Source: Myxococcota bacterium
Lineage (GTDB): Bacteria; Myxococcota_A; UBA9160; UBA4427
Direction of reading: 5' to 3'
DNA length: 64,000 nucleotides
NCBI GenBank assembly: GCA_029268645.1
Contig: JAQWNI010000058.1
Coordinates: 905 to 64,904, forward strand
Part shown: positions 16,771-26,080 of the stretch, piece after piece
How positions within the stretch are numbered: position 1 is the first letter of the stretch
Layout: every line of letters begins with the position of its first letter
Position numbers and translations under genes: made by a program
Notes under the pieces: model-generated
What the model saw: the letters and a program-made list of their open reading frames with translations, nothing else
Told to the model about the DNA's origin: nothing
Databases searched by the model: none

Positions 16771-18015
16771 TCAAGCCTCGAGGGCCGTCTGGTGCTTCAA
16801 GGTTCGCCCACTCACTCGCATGAGAAGCCCGGAAAAGGCCACAATTGAGATCAGCATCATCACAGCCTTTCCGAGTCCCGAAGGAGCGGCCTTCAGTGCG
16901 AGTGGAAGCGTTACCAGGGACACGACAAGCAATCCTCTGTATGGCAGGCCAGGTTTGAGCACATACACAACGAGAATGAAAGCGGGCAAGAGCAAGATGG
17001 CGCCCTGGTGGGGCTGGAGCAGGGGGCTCATGAGCAATGCGGACATCAACAACAGTGAAGTGTCCACCAAGCTACGGTCAGGCCGCACCGAGAGATTCGG
17101 GACGAACCTCGCGCGGCCAATCCAGAAAACCACAAAGCCGAACCAACCCCACTCAAAGCACCGGGCAATCCAAAACGCTGGCGCGGCCGACTGAACACCC
17201 CAATCTCCGAGCAGAGTCGCGAGCGTCCACCTCAATGAAGTTTTATAGGCGACGTACTCGTGAACAAAACCGATTTGAGCGGTCGAGCGCACCACGTCTA
17301 ACCAACTCAAGGTCAAAGACCATGCCGATCCAGGACCGAGAGCAACAACCGGAAGCACAACGAAGTACGCCAACAGGCTCGCAAGGGCAATGAACGATGC
17401 CCTGTAGTGACGACGCCAAAGCCAGTACGGAAAAATCAACGCGCTGTAGAGCTTCAGCGTGATACTGCTGGCGAGCCAGAAACCGGCCCAACCCATTTGG
17501 CGAGCCCGAAGGGTCCTGAAAGACGCCAAGAGCAGAGCCAGAAAAACGAGATTGTAGTTGATGGCTCGGATGTCCCACTGGACATACCAGCTCACAACAA
17601 GAAGGCTGAGCGCACACGTGAGCCATGGCCGAGAATTCTGATTGCTGTGCGTCAGCATCAACAGAGTTCGGAGAGAGAAGGCCAAAGACGCTAGAATGAT
17701 GAACATCCAGACTAGGCCCGCAGCAGGTTCCCCCAGCTGACTCAGGAAAACCCGAAGGATGACACCCGGTGGCGGATAGTAGAGTTCGTCCGGATACACC
17801 CCCGCACGCCAGGCTTTTTGGCTGGACTGGGCATTAAGGTGATGATCGCCAGAGCGATTGAACTCACCCTTCTCGAAATCGACGGCCCCCTGAATCACGA
17901 AGATCAGAACCAGCGTCGAGAGCAGGACGGCGCTCAGCGTCTCTACCCAACCCCGAGAAGAGGCGCTCTCGGGCTCAGTCCCTATCGCTGACCCGGATTG
18001 ATCTTCTTGCGACAT
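16771..18015 (-). CDS. polytopic membrane protein, GT-C-like (GT87/DUF2029-like) glycosyltransferase candidate
   Basis: 414 aa with many TM segments. The early loop with YYPPPG followed by repeated hydrophobic helices resembles DUF2029/GT87 proteins. The assignment is tentative. Confidence 0.5.
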   Translation of the reverse strand: MSQEDQSGSAIGTEPESASSRGWVETLSAVLLSTLVLIFVIQGAVDFEKGEFNRSGDHHLNAQSSQKAWRAGVYPDELYYPPPGVILRVFLSQLGEPAAGLVWMFIILASLAFSLRTLLMLTHSNQNSRPWLTCALSLLVVSWYVQWDIRAINYNLVFLALLLASFRTLRARQMGWAGFWLASSITLKLYSALIFPYWLWRRHYRASFIALASLLAYFVVLPVVALGPGSAWSLTLSWLDVVRSTAQIGFVHEYVAYKTSLRWTLATLLGDWGVQSAAPAFWIARCFEWGWFGFVVFWIGRARFVPNLSVRPDRSLVDTSLLLMSALLMSPLLQPHQGAILLLPAFILVVYVLKPGLPYRGLLVVSLVTLPLALKAAPSGLGKAVMMLISIVAFSGLLMRVSGRTLKHQTALEA

Positions 18016-18071
18016 CGGCTCAGAGCTCCCCCTTTACAGCGAGGGTTCAGCGGGAAATAACAAGGAGCGGT

Positions 18072-18860
18072 TTACGCTTTAAGGAGGTTTTCCACTTCGC
18101 CCCAGGCAGCTTCTCCCCGCGCGCGAAACATCTCGACGATCGGCTCAAGAAACCAGTCTTCTACGCCGACCCGATAGGCCTCAAGTGCGGACACACGCTC
18201 ATACCATCCGTGGAGGCCGGGACGACCCTCGATCAGAGGCGTCATGGCCATTTGGTCGAGGCGGAGGACATAGGGCAGTAAAGCAGCATCGGCGAGGCCG
18301 AATGTCGGACCCGATAGCCAGTCCCTGGAAGCCAGAGCTTCTTCCATCCCGTCGAGCAGATTCAGCATGACTTGGAGGGCGCCGGCGAACTCCGGCGCCT
18401 TGACCCCGTGCTCAATCACGCTGCGGCGGGCCGCGCGTCGAGCGGGATCAGGGATGGCCTGAATATTCGCCTCCCTCACCTCGGCGGGCTGCTCCAGCAA
18501 CATCACTCGCGGACCGATCGCGAAGGTAATCACGCCGGTCGCGGGGTGAACCGTCTGGTCGAGACGCTTGGTCCACATGCGGGTGGCATGGCGCTCGACC
18601 GGGTCCTCTGAAAGCATCGGCTTTTCCGGGTAGGCGTCTTCAAGGTACTCATTGATCAGCGTGGATTCGATCAAGACTACACCCCGGTCAATCAAGGTGG
18701 GCACGACATGATTGGGGTTGAGCTTGACGTATGCCTCCGCGTGCTGCTCGCCTGCGATCAAGTCAATTTCGTGGGATTCGAAATTGATTCCCTTTTGTGC
18801 CAGAACCAGTCGGACTTTTTGAGAGCAAGTCGAAAATGCGGCATGGTAAAGTTCAGTCAT
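18072..18860 (-). CDS. glutathione S-transferase family protein
   Basis: The N-terminal thioredoxin-like segment (LYHAAFSTCSQKVRLVLAQKGINFESHEIDL...VPTLIDRGVVLIESTLINEYL) is a classic GST N-domain. Confidence 0.8.
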   Translation of the reverse strand: MTELYHAAFSTCSQKVRLVLAQKGINFESHEIDLIAGEQHAEAYVKLNPNHVVPTLIDRGVVLIESTLINEYLEDAYPEKPMLSEDPVERHATRMWTKRLDQTVHPATGVITFAIGPRVMLLEQPAEVREANIQAIPDPARRAARRSVIEHGVKAPEFAGALQVMLNLLDGMEEALASRDWLSGPTFGLADAALLPYVLRLDQMAMTPLIEGRPGLHGWYERVSALEAYRVGVEDWFLEPIVEMFRARGEAAWGEVENLLKA

Positions 18861-19272
18861 TCCTAGGCCTCTAGATTTTTTCCGGATAGACTTAGATGGG
18901 CCAGATCAGTATAACGTCCGTTGCGATCGCCGATTCTTGGGGAGGACTCACCCGATGAGAAGGGGTGACCTGCGTCGCCGAGAGACCTCGGAGTCCGAGT
19001 AAAAGAGCAATCGTTTTGCTCAACAGCAGCCGGATGAACAAGGCCGAAACAACGAATTGGGTCCAGCGATCTTCTTCATTCGGCCAGCCATGCGACAAAA
19101 ACATCGACAAGTCTCTGAAAAGCTTCGCGAGGACACACACACCCCCGAACAAAAGTCCCATTTCCCAGGGCGATCGCCTTCCCCGTAGGGATTGCCCAGC
19201 AGAAGGCCATTCGCGAAACCCTGGAGATGTCTTGTAATGTGCTCAGCAGGCGTTGCCTCGGCGGCCATGGAG

Positions 19273-19302
19273 CTTGGATCAGAGTGGCCCGCCTGATCCA
19301 AG
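19273..19302. promoter_or_regulatory. perfect 10-bp inverted repeat CTTGGATCAG-N10-CTGATCCAAG, 37 bp upstream of the acyltransferase start
   Basis: Read directly from the sequence. No T run follows, so an operator or 5'-UTR hairpin is more likely than a terminator. Confidence 0.3.
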
Positions 19303-19338
19303 GAGCAGTACAAGCGCAAAGAGCGGAGGGAATTTCTC

Positions 19339-20403
19339 TTGAGCCCCACCCGGCACGGAGAAAGTGAGCAGCACGGGCGCAATCCGGCGATTGATTGGAT
19401 CAAGGCTATCGGGATCGTCTGCGTAGTCTTCATCCACTGCCTTCCCTCTTTTTTAGATCCCCAAGCCATACCTCTGGAAACGTGGCTCCATGCGATGACG
19501 AGCTTTGCGGTTCCTAGTTTTCTCTTCGCCTCGGGCTTTCTCTACGCTGAGCAGAGAGACCGGCCTCGTTGGGCGACTCTTCGGCGTCGATTGCGACGCA
19601 TTTTGGTTCCGTATCTGGTTTTTTCGGCACTGACCTACGTCATCCCAGTCTCTCGTTTCTCGACCCGCACGAGCTGGATCGATGAGCACTGGCTGAGCTC
19701 AAGCCTGGGCCCGGATTGGGGATCGGTTCTAGATAGCCTGGCCTTCGGGTCTGCCGCCGGCCCGTACTACTACGTTTTTGTCATCTTCTGGTTGACCCTT
19801 GCGACTCCGCTGATCGCCCTCATTCCCCGATCGCTTTTTCCTTTTTTCGTGCTGGGATCCATTGCGATCGGATGGGGATTTGCGGGCTTACATTGGGGCC
19901 TCTCCTCTTTTTTCTGGTGGTTTCGCAATCCGCTGCATTGGCTTTGCTTCTTCGCGCTGGGTTGGTGGGCGTGCCTACATCACCGAAGGTTGGCTCGGTG
20001 GACAGTGCCCGTTCGCGCGAAGTGGATCACCGGAATCGGGATACTCTGGTTAATCGTGGCGCTCTATCTCGCTCTGCAACCCTCGGGATCCTGGGAAGTC
20101 CTCGCCCGGTGGGTCGCGATTTACCTCAGCATCGCGCTGATTTTCTTTTCCAGCGTGGGCCGCACGAAGACACCGGTTGCGATTCGATGGTTGAGTGATG
20201 CGTCTTATTCCATCTATCTCAGTCACATTTTTTTCGTCAACGCCCTGCTCAATCTTAGGGCTGGCGCACTGCCGAGCAACGCTTTCACTCGAATCGCTCG
20301 ATTCGCCCTCGACTGGGTGGGCGCAATGGCGGGCAGCGTAGGGATTCTCGCCTTCAGCCGATGGCTTCTAGGCAAAAATCGCACACGAACCTGGTTGGGT
20401 TGA
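19339..20403 (+). CDS. acyltransferase family 3 (membrane O-acyltransferase)
   Basis: NPAIDWIKAIGIVCVVFIHC at the N-terminus plus about 10 TM segments. TTG start with GGAGGG 8 nt upstream. Confidence 0.8.
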   Translation: MSPTRHGESEQHGRNPAIDWIKAIGIVCVVFIHCLPSFLDPQAIPLETWLHAMTSFAVPSFLFASGFLYAEQRDRPRWATLRRRLRRILVPYLVFSALTYVIPVSRFSTRTSWIDEHWLSSSLGPDWGSVLDSLAFGSAAGPYYYVFVIFWLTLATPLIALIPRSLFPFFVLGSIAIGWGFAGLHWGLSSFFWWFRNPLHWLCFFALGWWACLHHRRLARWTVPVRAKWITGIGILWLIVALYLALQPSGSWEVLARWVAIYLSIALIFFSSVGRTKTPVAIRWLSDASYSIYLSHIFFVNALLNLRAGALPSNAFTRIARFALDWVGAMAGSVGILAFSRWLLGKNRTRTWLG

Positions 20404-20592
20404 GGACTCACCCTGCAAGCCGGGTCAAGTCGAGTTGAACCAAAGCCAATCCATTGGCTGAAGCCATTCAAGCACCGCTGCAGAAAGATTGGCGGACTTC
20501 GGGCTGAATCTGATGCAGAAAGACCTTTTACGGTGCGCAGCCACCCCACGATGCGTATGATTGGCATTGAATCAGCCGGGAAGGAAAACAGT

Positions 20593-21495
20593 ATGGATCG
20601 ATACTGCCGAGGTTCCTCCACACGTACAGGGTGTCGCCAAGGCCCTCTCGTGCAATCAATTCTCACTTCTATTTCGGCGCTTGTTTTTTTTGTCGTTGCT
20701 GGGTGCACGGAAGAACATCCTTCGCCCCGGGTCAATCCCGTAGACCTGAGGGCCGCTGAGGCCACTGTTTTTTCTCAGTTTGGAGAAGACGGCGTCATCG
20801 AGAAGATCTTTGAAATTATTCCCCCGACTGATAAATACATTGTCGCTTTTGGGGCCCACGACGGCGTGACCAACAGCAACGCAAGGAATTTGATCTTGAA
20901 CCACGGGTGGGGAGGGCTGCTCATCGAAGGCGACCCGATGCGCGCCGCAAAGCTTGCTCAGGTCTATGGCGACAACAAAGCGGTCACCACCATGGAGGAG
21001 TGGGTTTTCCCAGGCAATATCGAACTTCTCTTCGAAGACGCAGGCGTCCCGGAAAATTTTGATCTTCTCGTCATCGACATCGACAGCAACGATTACTATG
21101 TCTGGCGAGCAATTCATGACTATCGGCCCAAAGTCGTCCTCATTGAAGCCAATCCCCACTTCCCGCCCCCGCAGCTCATGGTGATCGACTTTCACCCGAT
21201 GAATTACTGGGATACGAAGACGAATGCCTACGTGGGAGCCAGCATCGCCTCGTTGGACCGCCTGGCAAAAAAAAAGGGATATGAGCTTCTCTACTGCATG
21301 ATGCCAATGTCACCCAACTGCTTTTTCGTGGATGCCCAGTACGCCCCTCTGTTTGGGATTGAAGACAACTCGCCCGAAGCCATCTGGCCGCCGCGGCTCG
21401 GTGTCAATCCGAACGCGGGAAAGATTCCGCCGGCCCACAGGTACCTCCATTGGCGGAATCTCAAGATCGAAAAGAAATTCAACTTCGATCGCTAA
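20593..21495 (+). CDS. FkbM-type methyltransferase-fold protein with lipoprotein signal (paralogue A)
   Basis: Lipobox-like ...ALVFFVVAG|C, followed by VFSQFGEDGVIEKIFE...AFGAHDGVTNSNARNL...GWGGLLIEGD (FkbM/Methyltransf_21-like). About 60% aa identity by eye to 26081..26962. ATG 20593 has GGAAGGAAAA upstream. Confidence 0.7.
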   Translation: MDRYCRGSSTRTGCRQGPLVQSILTSISALVFFVVAGCTEEHPSPRVNPVDLRAAEATVFSQFGEDGVIEKIFEIIPPTDKYIVAFGAHDGVTNSNARNLILNHGWGGLLIEGDPMRAAKLAQVYGDNKAVTTMEEWVFPGNIELLFEDAGVPENFDLLVIDIDSNDYYVWRAIHDYRPKVVLIEANPHFPPPQLMVIDFHPMNYWDTKTNAYVGASIASLDRLAKKKGYELLYCMMPMSPNCFFVDAQYAPLFGIEDNSPEAIWPPRLGVNPNAGKIPPAHRYLHWRNLKIEKKFNFDR

Positions 21496-21516
21496 CACCA
21501 GCCGGAGAGGGGCTCG

Positions 21517-22731
21517 TCAGCTGACAACTCCAGAGTCGCGCAGCGCGGCGATCTGATCGGGGGCCAAACCCACGTCGGCGAGAACCTCGTCCGTGTGTTC
21601 TCCTAAAAGGGGTGCCGGGGAACGACGCTCCGCCTGAGTCCGAGAAAAGCGTGCGGCGGGCCGACACTGCCGCATCCGGCCTGCGGTCGGGTGCTCAACC
21701 TCGTAGACCGTTTGATTGTGGGCGATCTGGACGTTCTCAGGAACCTGCTCAAGGGAAAGGACTGGACCCCCGGGTACCTCTTCTTCTTCCATCCGCTTCA
21801 CCACTTCGGCGGTCGTTCGGCGGCCAAATTCTTGATGAAGGATGGTGGCAAGCGCTTCGCCATTCGCGACGCGGGCTGCACCGGTCGCAAAGCGCTCATC
21901 ATCAGAGAGCTCTGGTCGGTCCAGGCAGCGAAAGACGGCATGCCACTCGTTGTCTCCTCCGGCCCACATCACAATATGGCCGTCGAGGGTCTCGGTCAAC
22001 TGATATCGGTCGTAGAGAGCGGGACCTTCTCGAACACCCTCCCCAATCATTGTGTTCTTCATCATCCCATCGGGCCAAAAAAACGCGAGGCCTGAGTCGA
22101 TCAGCGAGAGTTCAATCGTCTGCCCCAACTCGCCCCGCTCGCGCGCCAAAAGACCCGCAGTGATGGCCTGGGCAGCAGAATGAGAGGTGGCTTTGTCCAC
22201 CAAGGCGTTTCGAACCAGATCGGGGATTGGCACGTCCGGATTGTTCTGAATGGCCACATAGCCCGTCGCCGCCTGGGTGACGGGATCATAGGCACGCTTA
22301 TGCGCCCACGGGCCAGTCTGGCCGTAACCCGTGATTCGGCAGTACACCAACCGTTCGTTGCGTGCATGCAGGGTTTCGGGGCCAAGCTTCAACCGCTCCA
22401 TCACACCCGGACGATAATTTTCAAGAACCACATCGGCCCGGTCGCAAAGGCGATAGGCAATATCAAGCCCTTTTTCAGTACTGAGATCGATCGCGATGCT
22501 TTGTTTTCCCCGGTTGCAGTTCGCGAACATCGAAGTCAGGCCTCCCCGCCCGTACCATTCCTTGCGCAAGAGATCCGGGCGCCCGGGGGCTTCGACTTTG
22601 ATCACTTCTGCACCCTGATCGGCCAAAATCATGGACGCAAGAGGGCCGCTAATCACGGCCGAGAAATCGACGACTCTGAATCCGCTGAGCGGGCCGGACA
22701 TGTTCTTTCCTTTCAAGTTATTTTTCGCCAA
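21517..22731 (-). CDS. CaiB/BaiF family (type III) CoA-transferase
   Basis: The sequence LSGFRVVDFSAVISGPLASMILADQGAEVIKVE is the family N-terminal signature. About 400 aa. Confidence 0.85.
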   Translation of the reverse strand: MAKNNLKGKNMSGPLSGFRVVDFSAVISGPLASMILADQGAEVIKVEAPGRPDLLRKEWYGRGGLTSMFANCNRGKQSIAIDLSTEKGLDIAYRLCDRADVVLENYRPGVMERLKLGPETLHARNERLVYCRITGYGQTGPWAHKRAYDPVTQAATGYVAIQNNPDVPIPDLVRNALVDKATSHSAAQAITAGLLARERGELGQTIELSLIDSGLAFFWPDGMMKNTMIGEGVREGPALYDRYQLTETLDGHIVMWAGGDNEWHAVFRCLDRPELSDDERFATGAARVANGEALATILHQEFGRRTTAEVVKRMEEEEVPGGPVLSLEQVPENVQIAHNQTVYEVEHPTAGRMRQCRPAARFSRTQAERRSPAPLLGEHTDEVLADVGLAPDQIAALRDSGVVS

Positions 22732-23071
22732 CGGAAGCGGAACGCAGGACGAAACCTTGGGCGTAACTTAGCGAGCATCCTTGGAAGTCCGCGAAAAAGA
22801 GAGATCCGCAGCTCTCCCGAATGCTCTTGGAATGCTCCGAGGTGACTCGTCTTCGCCCAGCCTCCGAGCCCTCAAACCCAAGACACGCATGAATCAAAAC
22901 TCAACAGGTTCACGCTTCGGATACTACTCTTTTGGTCTGTTACTGCCCGGCGTGGCATCCGCGACGCGCAAAAGTCTCTGTCTGCCCGCTTTAGCGGAAA
23001 TCGGTCAGCCTCCCCTATCGTCTGGATGCACTTCCGTGCCCTCAAGCCGCTCCCCCATAGGAAACCAACCG

Positions 23072-24535
23072 ATGAAACTCGACCTCCAGGACCCGACGCT
23101 GTTGAAGACACAAGCCCTCATCGACGGCGAATGGGTTAACGCAAGCAGCGGTGCAGAAATTGACGTCTTCGATCCAGGCACCGGCGACTGTGTCGCCCGG
23201 GTGACCCAATCAGGGGCTGTGGAAACCCAACAAGCGATCGATGCCGCAGAAAGAGCCTTCGTAAGCTGGCGAACGATTCCCGCCAAACAGCGGGCCGGCC
23301 TGCTGCGCAAATGGTTTGAATTGATGATGGAAGCCCAGGAAGACTTGGCTCAGATCCTCACGCTTGAAATGGGGAAGATCCTCCCGGAGGCACGGGGCGA
23401 AATCGCGTATGGGGCGAGCTTCATCGAGTGGTTCGCCGAGGAGAGCAAGCGCATCTATGGCGATGTGATCCCCGCTCCTTCCAGCGACAAGCGGATCGTG
23501 GTTGTCCGGCAGCCCGTAGGGGTCGTGGCCTGCATCACCCCTTGGAACTTCCCGAATGCCATGCTGTGCCGAAAGATCGCGCCGGCGCTCGCGGCCGGAT
23601 GCACGGTCGTTTGTAAGCCCGCCACATCGACACCGCTTTCTGCCCTCGCCATCGGCGAACTCGCCAAGCGGGCAGGAATTCCCAACGGCGTCATCAATAT
23701 TGTGGTGGGTGCTTCCGGAGAAATCGGCCCCGTACTGACCGACAGCCCCGTGGTCCGAAAGCTGACTTTCACGGGGTCCACACCTGTGGGCAAGACACTG
23801 GTCGAGGCCTGCGCCAAGACGCTCAAGAAGGTTTCCATGGAACTGGGCGGAAATGCCCCGTTCATCGTTTTTGATGACGCCGACCTTGACGCAGCGGTGG
23901 CGGGAGCCATGGCGTCCAAATACCGCAATGCCGGACAAACCTGCGTCTGCACGAACCGTTTCTTTGTTCAAGCCGCGGTCTACGACACTTTCAAAGAGAA
24001 GCTCATTGCGGCCACCCGAGACCTCAAATTGGGCCACGGACTAGACCAAGGGGTCACGACTGGGCCCCTGGTAGACCGGCGCGCGCTCGAGGATGTCGAC
24101 AAACTCGTCCAAGCGTCGATTGCCATGGGGGCGCAGGTGGCCCTCGGTGGGCAGCCAAGCCCACAAGGCGATTGTTTCTATGAGCCCACGGTGCTGCTTG
24201 ATGTCACCAATGACATGCCGATTGCGCAGGAAGAAATCTTTGGACCAGTCGCTCCGCTGATTCGCTTTGAAACCGAGGAAGAAGTCATCGCCATGGCGAA
24301 CGATACAGACGTAGGACTGGCCGCCTACTTCTACAGCCGCGACCTCGGTCGCAGCTGGCGCGTCTCAGAAGCCCTCGAATACGGCATGGTGGGCATCAAC
24401 GAAGGCATCATCTCAAATGAGGCCGCCCCGTTTGGCGGCGTCAAGGAATCCGGATTTGGTCGAGAAGGCTCGAAATACGGGATTGATGACTACGTAGAAA
24501 TCAAATATCTCTGCATGGGTGGCCTCGACGGCTGA
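23072..24535 (+). CDS. gabD: NAD(P)-dependent succinate-semialdehyde dehydrogenase
   Basis: Near-collinear with E. coli GabD as I recall it (ALIDGEWV, ASFIEWFAEE.KRIYGD, ITPWNFP, ELGGNAPFIVFDDADLD, RNAGQTCVC, EETFGP, EYVEIKY). Start is placed at ATG 23072 (MKLDLQD), not 22781. Confidence 0.9.
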   Translation: MKLDLQDPTLLKTQALIDGEWVNASSGAEIDVFDPGTGDCVARVTQSGAVETQQAIDAAERAFVSWRTIPAKQRAGLLRKWFELMMEAQEDLAQILTLEMGKILPEARGEIAYGASFIEWFAEESKRIYGDVIPAPSSDKRIVVVRQPVGVVACITPWNFPNAMLCRKIAPALAAGCTVVCKPATSTPLSALAIGELAKRAGIPNGVINIVVGASGEIGPVLTDSPVVRKLTFTGSTPVGKTLVEACAKTLKKVSMELGGNAPFIVFDDADLDAAVAGAMASKYRNAGQTCVCTNRFFVQAAVYDTFKEKLIAATRDLKLGHGLDQGVTTGPLVDRRALEDVDKLVQASIAMGAQVALGGQPSPQGDCFYEPTVLLDVTNDMPIAQEEIFGPVAPLIRFETEEEVIAMANDTDVGLAAYFYSRDLGRSWRVSEALEYGMVGINEGIISNEAAPFGGVKESGFGREGSKYGIDDYVEIKYLCMGGLDG

Positions 24536-24590
24536 TCCCCTTCAAAGTCGGAGGAGAACCGTCCCCAGGCGACCCTCAAGCGCGTCGACT

Positions 24591-26021
24591 TCATTCGGCC
24601 TCAAACGAGCGAATGGCCCCTCGCTCACTCCATCCATAGAGCACCAAACCGAGCAAGAGCGGAACGATGCCGATCAGCGACAGCGCCCGGGCGTAATCGA
24701 GCGCGGACCAAAGCATGTAGACGCTTGTCGAGCAGAAGACGATCGGGACCCACGGGTAGAAGGGAACCGAAAAGGGTCGCTCGATATCACGATCTTTTCG
24801 GCGCAGAACGAAAAGCGAAAGTCCAGTCAGTAAAAAGAAGAGCCAGAAGACCGGAGCCGTCCCCGCGACCAAGACATCAAATCCTCCCCCGAAACGCTCC
24901 CAGGGCAGAGCGGACAAGCCAATTCCTTTCATGAAAACATCAAAACTAGTCCGTCCCACCTCGGTTCCAACGCCCAGAATCATCGACAGGCCAAAAACAG
25001 CTTGAACCGCAAGCGACCAAAGCGGTGCACCCAGCCGCGGATTCCAACGCCCCAGCCGGGCAAATAGCCGATGGTCTTCTCCAGCACTGGCATAAATTCG
25101 CGAGCCTGTGAAGATCAGACCATTGATCGCGCCTAGCGCAGAGGCCATCACGAGAACCCCCATCGATCGACCGCCCCACTGGCCGAGCCAGGGCTCAAGC
25201 ACGTCGATGGCGGGGGCTGAACTGGCTCGTAACCCTTCGAAACCCAGTGCAGATAAAAAAGCCGCATTGATCAACAAATAGATGATCACAATCATACCGG
25301 TGCCATAAAGCAAGACCCGGGCAATATTGCGTTGTGGATCTCTCACATCGGCGGCCACAAAAGCGGCGTCATTCCAACCCCCGTACGCATACAAAACGAA
25401 GATCATCGCAAAACCGAAGCCGAGACCTGATCCCTCGGGTGTGTCCAGGGGGGGGGCGATCCCGCCGTCAGTCGCCCATAACCCCGCCGCACAAATGGCA
25501 ACGAGGCCCAGAACTTTTGCCAGAGTCAAAATGTTCTGGATGCCCTTGCTCATGAGAACACCCAAACCATTGACCAAGCTCAAACCCGCTACGGCTGCCG
25601 CCGCATACCAGGCGCCTATTTCAGATCCGCCACTCTGACTCCAAAACTCGACCGCGTAGTCCGAAAAAACATACGCCATCGCACCGATGCTCCCGGTCAA
25701 AATGACGGAAAGCTGAGCCCAGCCAAATAGGAATCCAGTCAGCCGACCGTAGGCCCGCGTAAGATAGACGTAGTCTCCGCCGGCTCTTGGATAGGTCGAA
25801 GCCAGCTCGGCATAACACAAGGCTCCGATCAAGGAGAGAACGCCGCCCAGCCCCCAAGCAGCCAGCCCCTGTATCGGCCCTGATACATTTGAAAAAATCA
25901 GTGGCGGAGCCTTAAAGATCGTGACACCGACCACGATGCCGACGATGATGCTCACGCCATCCCAGACGCCTAGGCGTGCGATTACCCCCGACGACTCCGG
26001 ATCACGCCCCTCCACCCGCAT
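24591..26021 (-). CDS. APC-superfamily amino acid permease
   Basis: 476 aa with about 12 TM segments. Contains the APC-like GALCYAELASTYPRAGGDYVY motif. Confidence 0.85.
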   Translation of the reverse strand: MRVEGRDPESSGVIARLGVWDGVSIIVGIVVGVTIFKAPPLIFSNVSGPIQGLAAWGLGGVLSLIGALCYAELASTYPRAGGDYVYLTRAYGRLTGFLFGWAQLSVILTGSIGAMAYVFSDYAVEFWSQSGGSEIGAWYAAAAVAGLSLVNGLGVLMSKGIQNILTLAKVLGLVAICAAGLWATDGGIAPPLDTPEGSGLGFGFAMIFVLYAYGGWNDAAFVAADVRDPQRNIARVLLYGTGMIVIIYLLINAAFLSALGFEGLRASSAPAIDVLEPWLGQWGGRSMGVLVMASALGAINGLIFTGSRIYASAGEDHRLFARLGRWNPRLGAPLWSLAVQAVFGLSMILGVGTEVGRTSFDVFMKGIGLSALPWERFGGGFDVLVAGTAPVFWLFFLLTGLSLFVLRRKDRDIERPFSVPFYPWVPIVFCSTSVYMLWSALDYARALSLIGIVPLLLGLVLYGWSERGAIRSFEAE

Positions 26022-26080
26022 TCTCCTCTACTGGATTCGCCCGTTCTCTTCGGGACCGAGCCACAACAGGCCCAGTGGGC

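Noticed and set aside
22953-22967. Sigma54-like element TGGCATCCGCGACGC (GG-N10-GC) upstream of gabD
   Set aside because: Only the GG/GC dinucleotides and TGGCA match. The -12 region lacks TTGC, and no enhancer-binding protein gene is nearby. This is too weak to annotate.
25448-25456. G9 homopolymer inside the APC permease gene, with a G8 run at 26858..26865 in FkbM-like paralogue B, as possible phase-variation tracts
   Set aside because: Both runs are in frame and encode Pro-Pro. Such runs are expected in G+C-rich coding DNA. There is no evidence of slippage; they are only worth noting as indel-prone sites during assembly QC.
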